From: Candidatus Kaiserbacteria bacterium
GTDB lineage: Bacteria > Patescibacteriota > Minisyncoccia > Phycocordibacterales > UBA2100
Assembly (NCBI GenBank): GCA_023267655.1
Contig: JAHFMV010000001.1
Span: forward strand, 95,954-159,953
DNA: 64,000 nucleotides
Direction: 5' to 3'
Positions 17,028 to 25,883 of the stretch are shown one piece after another. A model generated the notes under the pieces. The model saw only the letters and a list, made by a program, of their open reading frames with translations, was not told the DNA's origin and made no database searches. The stretch's first letter is position 1. The number at the start of each line of letters is the position of its first letter. Both the position numbers and the translations under genes were made by a program.

Positions 17028-18362
17028 TTATTTAAACACCGTCGGAATCGGAAACTTTTTGCAGAGCGCCATGACTTCTTTACGGATTTTGGCTAATTCT
17101 TTGTTTTTTGCGAAGTCTTTTCTACATTCAGCGAGAAATGCCTTGCGCACGCCTTTTTCCGCCGGCAAATCGACATCTTTCACCATTTCCATGGCGTCCG
17201 CAATGTAATTGCCGATCAATTTCATTTCTTTTTCTTTCATTCGACGTGTTGTGATCGACGGCGTGCCGAGGCGGATGCCGCTCGGGTAAAACGGGGAGGA
17301 TGGTTCATTAGGGATCGTATTCTTGTTGGTCGTGAGGCCGATGGCATCCAGCGCGATTTCCACGATAGCTCCTCGGCCGGTTCCGCATTTCATGAGCATC
17401 ATGTGGTTGTCAGTGCCATTCGTGACGAGATTAACACTGCGATCCATAAGTGCTTTTGCGAGCGCTTTTGCGTTTTTCACGATTTGTTTGCCATAGGTAC
17501 GGAACGCGGGAGTTGCGGCCTCTTTGAGTGCGACACCAATAGCGGCCGTCGTGTGGTCATGTGGGCCGCCCTGTAAATTAGGGAAGATCGCACGGTCGAC
17601 TTTTGCGCCAAGTTCCGCGTCTTTCGCGAGTCCCTTTGTAGTGACCATTATCATACCGCCACGCGGGCCGCGAAGCGTTTTGTGCGTCGTCGTGGTCACG
17701 ACGTGCACATACGGAACAGGCGAGACATGCGCCCCTGCGACAACAAGGCCGGCGATGTGCGCGATATCGGCGGCTAGGTATGCGCCAACTTCATCCGCAA
17801 TTGCGCCGAGTTCTTTAAAGGGAAATTCGCGCACATACGCCGTGGCTCCCACCCATATCAATTTCGGCTTATGCTCGCGCGCGAGTCGTGCGATCTCCTT
17901 CAAGTCCATGTAACCGTCGGGTTTGAGGCCATACTGCACTGATTTGTAGAACATGCTCGTCGCACTTGCTTTCCAACCATGCGTGAGGTGCCCGCCGTCG
18001 GTGAGGAGCAAGCCCATGACCGTGTCGCCGGGGTTGCACGTGGCGAGATACACTGCCAAATTGGCCGGAGAACCGGAATACGGCTGGACATTCACGAAGG
18101 GAACTTTGAAGAGCTTTTTGGCGCGCTCACGCACCATGTCTTCAATCTCGTCGATGACTTCGTTGCCGCCGTAATAGCGCGCATGCGGGTAGCCCTCCGA
18201 GTACTTGTTCGTGAGAATTGACCCCATTGCCTCCAAAACAGCCTGCGAAACGATGTTTTCCGAAGGAATCAGCTCCAACCCCTCCTCTTGGCGATTCTTT
18301 TCAGCGATTATTTTTTGGTAGATTTCTTTGTCCTGTTTTTTTACATTGAGATAACGATCCAT
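17028..18362 (-). CDS. glyA: Serine hydroxymethyltransferase
   Basis: LIPSEN, KYSEGYP, GGHLTHG, TTTTHKTLRGPRGG, SGIRLGT. Confidence 0.97.
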   Translation of the reverse strand: MDRYLNVKKQDKEIYQKIIAEKNRQEEGLELIPSENIVSQAVLEAMGSILTNKYSEGYPHARYYGGNEVIDEIEDMVRERAKKLFKVPFVNVQPYSGSPANLAVYLATCNPGDTVMGLLLTDGGHLTHGWKASATSMFYKSVQYGLKPDGYMDLKEIARLAREHKPKLIWVGATAYVREFPFKELGAIADEVGAYLAADIAHIAGLVVAGAHVSPVPYVHVVTTTTHKTLRGPRGGMIMVTTKGLAKDAELGAKVDRAIFPNLQGGPHDHTTAAIGVALKEAATPAFRTYGKQIVKNAKALAKALMDRSVNLVTNGTDNHMMLMKCGTGRGAIVEIALDAIGLTTNKNTIPNEPSSPFYPSGIRLGTPSITTRRMKEKEMKLIGNYIADAMEMVKDVDLPAEKGVRKAFLAECRKDFAKNKELAKIRKEVMALCKKFPIPTVFK

Positions 18363-18410
18363 AGATTGACAGATTAGCCGAATAATTAAAATGAAGGTAT
18401 CTAAATCATA

Positions 18411-18746
18411 TTAGCGGTTATCACCATCGCTGGCTATGACGTTCCGTGTCGCACGATCAGCCAGTTTGTCGACATTTGCTTGCGCGATTTCAGAAAAGGG
18501 GATTTCGAGGTGGCGCGCGAGCTGTGAGCAGTACCAGAGTACGTCGCCGATTTCCAATTTCAACGCCTCGCGCTTTTCCGGCGAGATCATGCCGTTGTCA
18601 TTGCGAATTATTTTCTTGATCTTATCGGCCACTTCGCCCGCTTCCGAGGTGAGACCAAGGCCGAGGTACATAAGCGCAAATTCAGCCTGTTTTCCCTCGA
18701 AATTGCCGGTTCTGTTGGCAAGCGTCTGGTACTCATCGAAATCCAT
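18411..18746 (-). CDS. MazG-like all-alpha NTP pyrophosphohydrolase
   Basis: LGLTSEAGEVADKIKK...EIGDVLWY...NVDKLADR. Confidence 0.9.
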   Translation of the reverse strand: MDFDEYQTLANRTGNFEGKQAEFALMYLGLGLTSEAGEVADKIKKIIRNDNGMISPEKREALKLEIGDVLWYCSQLARHLEIPFSEIAQANVDKLADRATRNVIASDGDNR

Positions 18747-18798
18747 CAGGTAAGTATACCCCTCGGAAGCGCATGGGGCGGGTGCGTCGTATATAGAA

Positions 18799-18833
18799 AA
18801 CGGCCGACAGTTTCAGTCAAACTGCCGGCCGTT
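18799..18833 (-). terminator. Hairpin between the deaminase and MazG-like genes
   Basis: aacggccgacagttt-cagtc-aaactgccggccgtt. Confidence 0.5.
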
Positions 18834-18834
18834 A

Positions 18835-19350
18835 TTATTCAAATTGTTTCCCGACAACATTACCTTTGATGTCGCGGTTAAAGAGCTGATCGCTGCCTTC
18901 GAGGAGGTAAAGATCCCGAATGCCGCCGCTTATAGCGGCATCCCAACAAGGCTTGCAAGCCCACCAATGGCCCCACAGATACATATCACCGCCGTTTGTG
19001 TCTTCACCATGACTGTGTGCATCGCGCACGGATCGCGCTTCCGAGTGATGTTTGGACGCTGCGCATCCTGGACAGAGCCAATACTTTTGTCCCGATGGAA
19101 TACTCAGAACTCGCCGTACGCAGAAATAATCCTTGTGAATTCGTGCGAGAAGCGGATGTTTAAGCGGCACCTGATTTGCACCGCTTCCGATAATTCGGTC
19201 GTTTTTTACGATGACGGCTCCTGTCGGCATCTGGCGGTCCGTTGCATGTAAGCGCGAAAATTCTTTCGCGGCAGCCATCCATGGATTGTCGAGCGTGACG
19301 TACTTGATTGTTCGTCCTTCGGGAAGATATGGATACTTGATTGGATTCAT
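18835..19350 (-). CDS. dCMP deaminase-like zinc deaminase
   Basis: TGAVIVK...GAN, CVRR..SIPSGQKYWLC insert typical of dCMP deaminases, HSE and CKPC zinc motifs. Confidence 0.85.
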   Translation of the reverse strand: MNPIKYPYLPEGRTIKYVTLDNPWMAAAKEFSRLHATDRQMPTGAVIVKNDRIIGSGANQVPLKHPLLARIHKDYFCVRRVLSIPSGQKYWLCPGCAASKHHSEARSVRDAHSHGEDTNGGDMYLWGHWWACKPCWDAAISGGIRDLYLLEGSDQLFNRDIKGNVVGKQFE

Positions 19351-19418
19351 GGTGTTGTGTCCTCTTTTGCCTCAGCAGTGTATACCACGGGACGCGCGCG
19401 GTATATAATCTCCGGACT

Positions 19419-20252
19419 ATGGCTCGATTCGATTCCATCTACCAAGACATGTTGAAGCGAATCGTCAAGGAAGGAACTCCTGAAAAAAACCAACGAACTG
19501 GGCACGAAGTGAAAGCAATTCCAGGAATGCATTTTTCGATTGATACTGAGAAAGAAGGATTTCCACTCCTCACGCTGCGCAAAATTCCGGTGAAGATGTT
19601 TGTTGCAGAGCAGATTTGGTTTGTTTCCGGTGCGCGCAAGCCCGCAGATTTTTTGCGCGACTATACGAAAATCTGGGACATCTTTACGAATCCGGCGGAT
19701 GTCGTGACCGTCGCCTATGGCTACCGCTGGCGCAAACATTTTGGCCGCGATCAGCTCGGTCTCCTCATGAAGCATTTGAAAGAAGAGCCGACATCACGTC
19801 ATGGTGTCGTCATCACGTGGGATCCGGCAGGAGATGGGCTTGGTGTGACGAATCGCAAAAACGTGCCATGTCCGTATTCGTTTACGGTGAACATTATTGG
19901 CGGCAGGCTGAACCTTCACAACATCGTCCGCTCCAATGACATGGTCTTGGGCTTCCCATCGGATGTTGCGGGGTTCGCTCTTTTGCAGCACATGCTCGCG
20001 CAGAAACTAGGCGTAAAATCAGGCGTATATTCGCATTCGATTTCCAATGCGCATGTGTATGACAATCAGTACGATGCCGTGAAAGAAATGCTGCGTCGAA
20101 GAAATACCCATAAGACCCTGAAGATCGCACTGCCAAAGAATTCGTATGATCGCGCCGAGAAAAAGGATGTGAAATTGGTGGATCAAATGATTGCGGCGTT
20201 TGGTGATTACAAACCGCAGGAGGCGATCAAAGGCTTGCAGATTGTTTTATAA
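19419..20252 (+). CDS. thyA: Thymidylate synthase-family protein with Asn177->Asp (possible dCMP methyltransferase)
   Basis: FPLLTLRK, EQIWF, YGYRWR, PC catalytic Cys, RSNDMVLGFPSD, HVY. Confidence 0.9.
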   Translation: MARFDSIYQDMLKRIVKEGTPEKNQRTGHEVKAIPGMHFSIDTEKEGFPLLTLRKIPVKMFVAEQIWFVSGARKPADFLRDYTKIWDIFTNPADVVTVAYGYRWRKHFGRDQLGLLMKHLKEEPTSRHGVVITWDPAGDGLGVTNRKNVPCPYSFTVNIIGGRLNLHNIVRSNDMVLGFPSDVAGFALLQHMLAQKLGVKSGVYSHSISNAHVYDNQYDAVKEMLRRRNTHKTLKIALPKNSYDRAEKKDVKLVDQMIAAFGDYKPQEAIKGLQIVL

Positions 20253-20259
20253 TTCAACT

Positions 20260-20892
20260 ATGGCAATCCTCACAAAAGAAGAAATTTTGCAGCGAGTGAA
20301 GGACAAAAATATTGTCGTCTCTCCTGGACTTGATGTTTTCCAGATACAAGCGCATGCAATTGATCTTCGTCTCGGATTTACCTTTCTCATTCCAAAATCA
20401 TGGCGTATGACGGCAGAGGGGCGTGAAGCAATGATGATCGATCCTCTACGTGATCACGGACCGGAATATTTCGACGTGATTGAGCTGGAGCAAGGGCAGT
20501 CATTTGACCTTTTACCGCAAGAGTACGTACTCGTCTCAACGTTTGAGACGATAAAAATCCCGAACGATCTTATGGCGGTCTTGTATCCGCGTTCGTCGGT
20601 AAATAGAAAAGGCCTTTCCGTCGACCTCACGGGAATCATCGATTCCGGCTATGAAGGACCCCTCACGCTCCCGATCCGTAACAACACCCGATCGCAAGTG
20701 ATCCAACTACATCCCGGCGAACGCATCTGTCAGGTTGTTTTTGAAGAACTCAAGCAGCCGGTCATCGCGCGCAAATCACGATGGCACATGAAGGACGTCG
20801 TCGAAAAAGGGAAGAAAGAAAAGGCAAAAGAAATGAAGCTCGTCTTCAACGGCGATATCAAGAAATTAAAGTCGGATTACAAAGCGGCATAA
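20260..20892 (+). CDS. dcd: Dcd/dUTPase-fold protein lacking the deaminase Glu
   Basis: IDLRLG, PRSS, GIIDSGYEG, PGERICQ; TLP where Dcd has TLE/VLE. Confidence 0.8.
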   Translation: MAILTKEEILQRVKDKNIVVSPGLDVFQIQAHAIDLRLGFTFLIPKSWRMTAEGREAMMIDPLRDHGPEYFDVIELEQGQSFDLLPQEYVLVSTFETIKIPNDLMAVLYPRSSVNRKGLSVDLTGIIDSGYEGPLTLPIRNNTRSQVIQLHPGERICQVVFEELKQPVIARKSRWHMKDVVEKGKKEKAKEMKLVFNGDIKKLKSDYKAA

Positions 20893-20911
20893 TATGATAT
20901 AGTGTCTACGT

Positions 20912-21148
20912 ATGAAAACGAAAGAGCACTCATATACCGTCCAGATTGAGCCCGTAAAAGAGGGTGGTTTTTGGTCGCGCGTACCTGCGCTTTCGGGCTG
21001 CTTTTCACAAGGGGAGACGATTGAAGAGACGATTCAGAACACAAAAGAAGCCATTGAGCTCTACCTCGAAGGGCTTGCAAATGACAAACAAGACATTCCC
21101 GAAGAATCTGAATTTGCCGTCAGTGTGCGCATCCCAGTAACGGTGTAA
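20912..21148 (+). CDS. hicB: HicB-family antitoxin
   Basis: VPALSGCFSQGETIEE...EAIELYLE. Confidence 0.9.
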   Translation: MKTKEHSYTVQIEPVKEGGFWSRVPALSGCFSQGETIEETIQNTKEAIELYLEGLANDKQDIPEESEFAVSVRIPVTV

Positions 21149-21150
21149 TT

Positions 21151-21375
21151 ATGGCTCCGCGTTTGCCGAACATCACGGCAAAAGAAGCGATCCGTGCCTT
21201 CACACGGGCGGGGTTCCTTATTGCAGGGCAGAAGGGAAGTCATGTTCGATTGAAGAATTCAGATGGTATCATGCTCATCATCCCAAATCATTCGGGCGAC
21301 GTTAAGCGGCCGCTTCTTAAGGCACTGATCAAGCTGGCGGGATTGAATGAGAAGCAGTTTCGCGACTTACTTTGA
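21151..21375 (+). CDS. hicA: HicA-family toxin
   Basis: GF...QKGSH...IPNH HicA motif. Confidence 0.9.
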   Translation: MAPRLPNITAKEAIRAFTRAGFLIAGQKGSHVRLKNSDGIMLIIPNHSGDVKRPLLKALIKLAGLNEKQFRDLL

Positions 21376-21377
21376 AT

Positions 21378-21884
21378 ATGAGCGAGCATACGATTAGTAT
21401 GATTGGCGCGATCGGAAGACTGCGCGAGCTCGGAAAAGGGAATGATCTGTTGTGGAAAATTCCCGATGATCTGAAGAGATTCCGCTCGATTACCAATGGG
21501 CATCCCTGCGTGATGGGGAGGAAGACGTTTGAATCGATTGTTGCCATTTTAAAAAAGCCGCTGCCGAATCGGACAAATATCATCGTGACTCGCGATCCGG
21601 CGTGGGCGTACGAAGGCGTGCTTGCGGTAAATACGATTGAAGAAGCGATCCAGCTCGCGAAGCGAAAGCTCGGCGGCGAAGAAGTCTTTATCATCGGCGG
21701 TGGGCAGATCTACGAGCTTGGCATTTCATACGCCGACAAGTTGTATTTGACGCTGATCGATGATTCAAAGGAAGCCGATTCGTTTTTTCCCGAATACGAA
21801 AAAGTTTTCACAAAGAAAGTATTTGAAGAGGAGCGAGAGTTCGAAGGGTTGAAATATACATGGGTTGACTTGGAAAGAGCTTGA
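21378..21884 (+). CDS. folA: Dihydrofolate reductase
   Basis: LLWKIPDDLKRF, VMGRKTFES, LPNRTNI, IIGGGQIY. Confidence 0.95.
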   Translation: MSEHTISMIGAIGRLRELGKGNDLLWKIPDDLKRFRSITNGHPCVMGRKTFESIVAILKKPLPNRTNIIVTRDPAWAYEGVLAVNTIEEAIQLAKRKLGGEEVFIIGGGQIYELGISYADKLYLTLIDDSKEADSFFPEYEKVFTKKVFEEEREFEGLKYTWVDLERA

Positions 21885-21951
21885 GTGGCAACTCCCGCAG
21901 CGTTGTGGTAGGTTTTTCGGAGGGGCAATGTAACGCAACAGGAGTAAAGAG

Positions 21952-22224
21952 ATGCTGCTACCAGAGAAACTTGCAGACGTATTGAAGCCGTACTATCGAA
22001 ACGACCCATCCGTGAAGCAGGGTAGGATTGACTATATGGCAAAAGGTCGGGTCTTTTACCTGGCTCACGGATGCGAGATCGTGCTCACACAAGAAGGCCG
22101 GCACGGATATCACGTGACCATAATCGCGCCAAACGGCGAATCGTACGGCGATGGGCCGTACTTCAACAATCTACAATCCGCTGCAGAACTCGGGTCGTGG
22201 ATGACCGCGGAACTTGCGGCGTAA
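21952..22224 (+). CDS. Hypothetical protein
   Basis: 90-aa ORF with AGGAG SD and a downstream hairpin. Confidence 0.6.
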   Translation: MLLPEKLADVLKPYYRNDPSVKQGRIDYMAKGRVFYLAHGCEIVLTQEGRHGYHVTIIAPNGESYGDGPYFNNLQSAAELGSWMTAELAA

Positions 22225-22364
22225 TCAAACGTCCGCAACAAACAAAAAGGGGCGCCTTATCCGGGCGCCCTTGTTATGTATAAGGGATGGGATATTCTGT
22301 ATGCAGCTGCCAGAGGAAACCCTCTGGTTTTTCTGTTCTATGATACAACGAATGAGAGGATGCG

Positions 22365-23483
22365 ATGCAAACGAATGCAATGACCTATGCGCAGACCGGC
22401 GTCGATTACGATCCAATTGACGCTTTCAAACGAAGGTGCCAAGCAGCAGCACTCAAGACAGCAGAATTTCCAATGCGGCACGGGTTTCGTGAGGTGTCCT
22501 GGAGTCGGGGCGAGAGTGCCTATCTGCTCGAACAGTGGATGTCGTTCTATGCGACACAGAGACTTGCGTTCGTGGAAGAAGGCTTAGGAACGAAGGAGCT
22601 TGTTGCCACCGAAATGTTGCGTCTCACCGGCATTTCTCATTATCGGAAGATCGCACAATGTAACTTGGCAATGATCGTCAACGATATGGCGACACTGGCC
22701 TTACCGCTTGTCGTTTCCATGTACTGTTCGACCGGGACGTCCGACTGGTTTAAGCACGAAGGGCGTTGCATCGATCTCGCTGAAGGGTATGCAGAAGCGT
22801 GTATGCTTGCGCGCTGTGCGTGGGGTTGCGGCGAAACCCCTGTCTTGAAGGGAATCGTGCACGAAAATGCAGCGGACCTCGGTGGTGCCGCGATCGGGAT
22901 TGTTCCCGAATTCGGTATTACGGGGACGATACAAGATGGCGATGCGATCGTAATATTGGAAAGTTCGGGAATACATGCCAATGGAGTCACCATTGCTCGA
23001 CATATCGCGAGCATGCTCCCAAAGGGGTATTTGACGGAAACGCCGGATGGAAGGACTTACGGCGAGGCGCTTCTCGATGCGACACATATTTATGTCGCGT
23101 TTGTCGAAGATTGCCTTGCAGCAAAGATTCCGATCCATTATGCGGTGAATATCACCGGCCATGGATGGCGAAAATTCATGCGGCATCGCCATCCGTTTAC
23201 CTACACGATCGTGAACATGCCGCACCAACTTCCCATCTTCGACTTCATAGAAGAAAGGGGTCCGGTCACGCGGCGCGAAATGTATTCGACCTTCAACATG
23301 GGCGCAGGGTTTGCACTATACGTCCCAGCGGCCGAGGTTGTTAAGATTAGCGCGATTATCGAGCAGGGAACGTATCCGTTCCGCGTTATTCCCGCAGGCT
23401 TCATCAAAAAAGGTGAACGCAAGAGCGTGGTCATTGAAAGTGAAGGTATTGTATTCGAAGAAAACGAACTGCAGGTTCGCTAA
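22365..23483 (+). CDS. purM: PurM/AIR synthase-related protein
   Basis: YAQTGVD, EGLGTK, GCGETP, SSGIHANG, NITGHG, TFNMGAGF. Confidence 0.85.
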   Translation: MQTNAMTYAQTGVDYDPIDAFKRRCQAAALKTAEFPMRHGFREVSWSRGESAYLLEQWMSFYATQRLAFVEEGLGTKELVATEMLRLTGISHYRKIAQCNLAMIVNDMATLALPLVVSMYCSTGTSDWFKHEGRCIDLAEGYAEACMLARCAWGCGETPVLKGIVHENAADLGGAAIGIVPEFGITGTIQDGDAIVILESSGIHANGVTIARHIASMLPKGYLTETPDGRTYGEALLDATHIYVAFVEDCLAAKIPIHYAVNITGHGWRKFMRHRHPFTYTIVNMPHQLPIFDFIEERGPVTRREMYSTFNMGAGFALYVPAAEVVKISAIIEQGTYPFRVIPAGFIKKGERKSVVIESEGIVFEENELQVR

Positions 23484-23593
23484 TAGAACCCGCGGGCAGC
23501 GCAGCTGCCCGCGGGATTTTCATAGGCGATTCGGGAAAAAGAAACGGCCGCCACTCGAAGTGGGCGGCCGTCGATGCGCGTTCTGGTGTCAGA

Positions 23594-24070
23594 TCAGAGT
23601 TTGCTCGCCGCAGAGATGAGCGACTCCAACGTGGCACGAGTTCCTGTTCCGATTGCTGCAATAACACGTGACTGCACCTCCCGCCACAGCGGGTAGGCCG
23701 ACTTGATCACCGCCTCGCCCTTTTGCGTAAGATGCAAATGTTTTCCGCGTCGACCGGCAGGCGGACCTATCGTGATAAGCCCGAGTGCAAGCATTCGCTT
23801 AAAATTTCGTGCGTTGGTCGACTTCTCGATATCGAGCAATCTGTTGATTTCTACTTGCCTGATTCCATCTCGACCAGCAACGTGCGCGAGCAGGGTAAAC
23901 TGGCTACTGGTGATCCCCAGTGGGCGCAGAGCATCGTCGTACACACCGGTGATGATACGCGAGAGTTGGCGTACTCGCATATTGATGCATGCGGCAGCCG
24001 TTGCCCCAGCAATGTCGTCAATATCGTGCCTTTTTCGCGCCGTCACAACAGGTGCTGAGCCCTGTAACAT
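23594..24070 (-). CDS. MarR-family transcriptional regulator
   Basis: CINMRVRQLSRIITGVYDDALRPLGITSSQF...LTQKG; GGAG SD. Confidence 0.88.
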   Translation of the reverse strand: MLQGSAPVVTARKRHDIDDIAGATAAACINMRVRQLSRIITGVYDDALRPLGITSSQFTLLAHVAGRDGIRQVEINRLLDIEKSTNARNFKRMLALGLITIGPPAGRRGKHLHLTQKGEAVIKSAYPLWREVQSRVIAAIGTGTRATLESLISAASKL

Positions 24071-24145
24071 CTCTTTTCTCCACTATTGTGCGCTTCGTAG
24101 CGCGGTTGCCGCGCCAACTATGTCACTTTCGGACTTCGAGCACAA

Positions 24146-24928
24146 CTACTGCTTGAGACCCAAGCCGTTCTTGATGAAATACCAATTGATGCTGACAAGG
24201 ACGACGATCATGCTGGAGAGGATTGCGATGGAAATCCAGAGCGGGATATCGGCGATGCCGAGGAAGCCGTAGCGAAAGCCGTTGATGAGGTAGAAGACCG
24301 GATTTACGTAGGTGATGTATTGCGCCGCGTGAGGAAGCGAGTGGACGGAATAGAAGACCCCGCCGAGGTACACGAGCGGCGTGAGGACGAAGGTCGGGAC
24401 GATGTTGATGCCGTCTATTGATTTTGCGTAAATACCGTTCACGAGGCCGGCGAGCGAAAAGACGAGCGCCGTGAGAATTGCGAATGCAAAGATGATGAGA
24501 AGATTGTGGATCGCGAGGTGGAGCCCGGTGAAGAAAACAGAGACGAGCAGCACGATCGTGCCGACAAGAATACCGCGCACGATGCCGCCCGCGATAAATC
24601 CGGCGATAAGCAGCCACGGCGGCGTCGGTGAGACGAGGATTTCATCGATCGATCGTGCGAAGAATTTAGACGAGAAGAACATGAACGACGTATTCGCGTA
24701 GCTTGTCGTCACGATCGAGAGCATCACGAGCCCCGGAACGACGAAGCTCATATAATTCACTCCTTGCATTTGTCCGATGCGCGAACCGAGTACCGTGCCG
24801 AAAATCAAAAAGTACAGCGATGACGTGATGACCGACGGCAAGAATGTCTGCACCCAGATGCGGAACATGCGCACCACGTCTTTGCGGAGCATTGTGTAGA
24901 ACGAAATCCATTTTTGTCGGGGGGTCAT
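24146..24928 (-). CDS. ABC-2 type exporter permease (YadH-like)
   Basis: YMSFVVPGL, PLVYLGGVFYS, NPVFYLINGFRYG. Confidence 0.92.
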   Translation of the reverse strand: MTPRQKWISFYTMLRKDVVRMFRIWVQTFLPSVITSSLYFLIFGTVLGSRIGQMQGVNYMSFVVPGLVMLSIVTTSYANTSFMFFSSKFFARSIDEILVSPTPPWLLIAGFIAGGIVRGILVGTIVLLVSVFFTGLHLAIHNLLIIFAFAILTALVFSLAGLVNGIYAKSIDGINIVPTFVLTPLVYLGGVFYSVHSLPHAAQYITYVNPVFYLINGFRYGFLGIADIPLWISIAILSSMIVVLVSINWYFIKNGLGLKQ

Positions 24929-24933
24929 AGCTA

Positions 24934-25038
24934 AGGAAATTAGATAGTAGAAGTTAGAAATGAGAAGTACAAAGCAGAAATCGAGGAATTTCTCACATTC
25001 TTATTTGTCATTCTACTTTTTGATTTCTCATTTCTCAT
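24934..25038. repeat. Heptad-periodic (ATGAGAA/TTCTCAT) hairpin element between the ABC genes
   Basis: aggaaat tagatag tagaagt tagaaat gagaagt ... ttctact ttttgat ttctcat ttctcat. Confidence 0.75.
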
Positions 25039-25045
25039 ATCCGTG

Positions 25046-25804
25046 TTATTTCTCACTGGTAAGCTGGATAAACACTTCTTCAAGCTTGCCGCCGCGGTAA
25101 CCGGTGTCGCCTTTGTCTTCGTGGAGCGCGAGGATTTCGTCCATCGTGCCGTTTGCGACGATTTCTCCCTTCCTAATGATCGCGACGTGTTTTGCGAGCT
25201 GTTCTGCTTCTTCGAGGTAGTGCGTGGTGAGGAGAATCGTGAGACCTTCCGAAGTCAGTTTGCGTAAATAATCCCACATGCCTCGACGTAACTCTACATC
25301 GACACCCGCGGTCGGTTCGTCGAGGATGAGAAAGCGTGGCTTGTGAATGAGCGCACGCGCGATCATGAGACGGCGCTTCATGCCGCCGGAGAGCTCCATC
25401 GCACGACCGGTCATTTTTTCACCGAGTCCGAGGTCGGTGAGAAGTTGTTTTGCGCGAGGGACGGCCTCGGTACGGGGGATGCCGTAATAGCCACCTTGGT
25501 TCACAATGATATCGATTGGCTTTTCAAACGGATTGAAATTCAACTCCTGCCCGACGAGCCCGATTTGTGCCTTTGCCATCTCCGTATCGGTGTCAATATC
25601 GTGCCCAAAAACGCTCACGGTGCCCTCGGTTTTATTCACAAGGCCGGTTGTTATACCGATGATAGTCGTCTTTCCCGCACCGTTAGGCCCAAGCAGCGCA
25701 AAAAAGTCTCCCGCGGGGACGGTGAGCGAAACGCCCTTCAGCGCCTCGGTGCCGTTGGCGTATTTCTTTTTTAAATCCTTAATTACAAGTGCTGGTTCTG
25801 ACAT
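25046..25804 (-). CDS. ABC transporter ATP-binding protein (YadG-like)
   Basis: GPNGAGKTT, LSGGMKRR, LDEPTAGVD, TTHYLEEA. Confidence 0.95.
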   Translation of the reverse strand: MSEPALVIKDLKKKYANGTEALKGVSLTVPAGDFFALLGPNGAGKTTIIGITTGLVNKTEGTVSVFGHDIDTDTEMAKAQIGLVGQELNFNPFEKPIDIIVNQGGYYGIPRTEAVPRAKQLLTDLGLGEKMTGRAMELSGGMKRRLMIARALIHKPRFLILDEPTAGVDVELRRGMWDYLRKLTSEGLTILLTTHYLEEAEQLAKHVAIIRKGEIVANGTMDEILALHEDKGDTGYRGGKLEEVFIQLTSEK

Positions 25805-25883
25805 GAGGGGGTATTGTAGCATATTGCATTGCAGCTGCGCACGTGTTTGTATGATACAGGCCAAGGCAACCATGGAGCTGATC

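Noticed and set aside
17028-21884. Prophage origin for the nucleotide-modification-like genes
   Set aside because: No structural, terminase or integrase genes; these genes share the host-type start signals.
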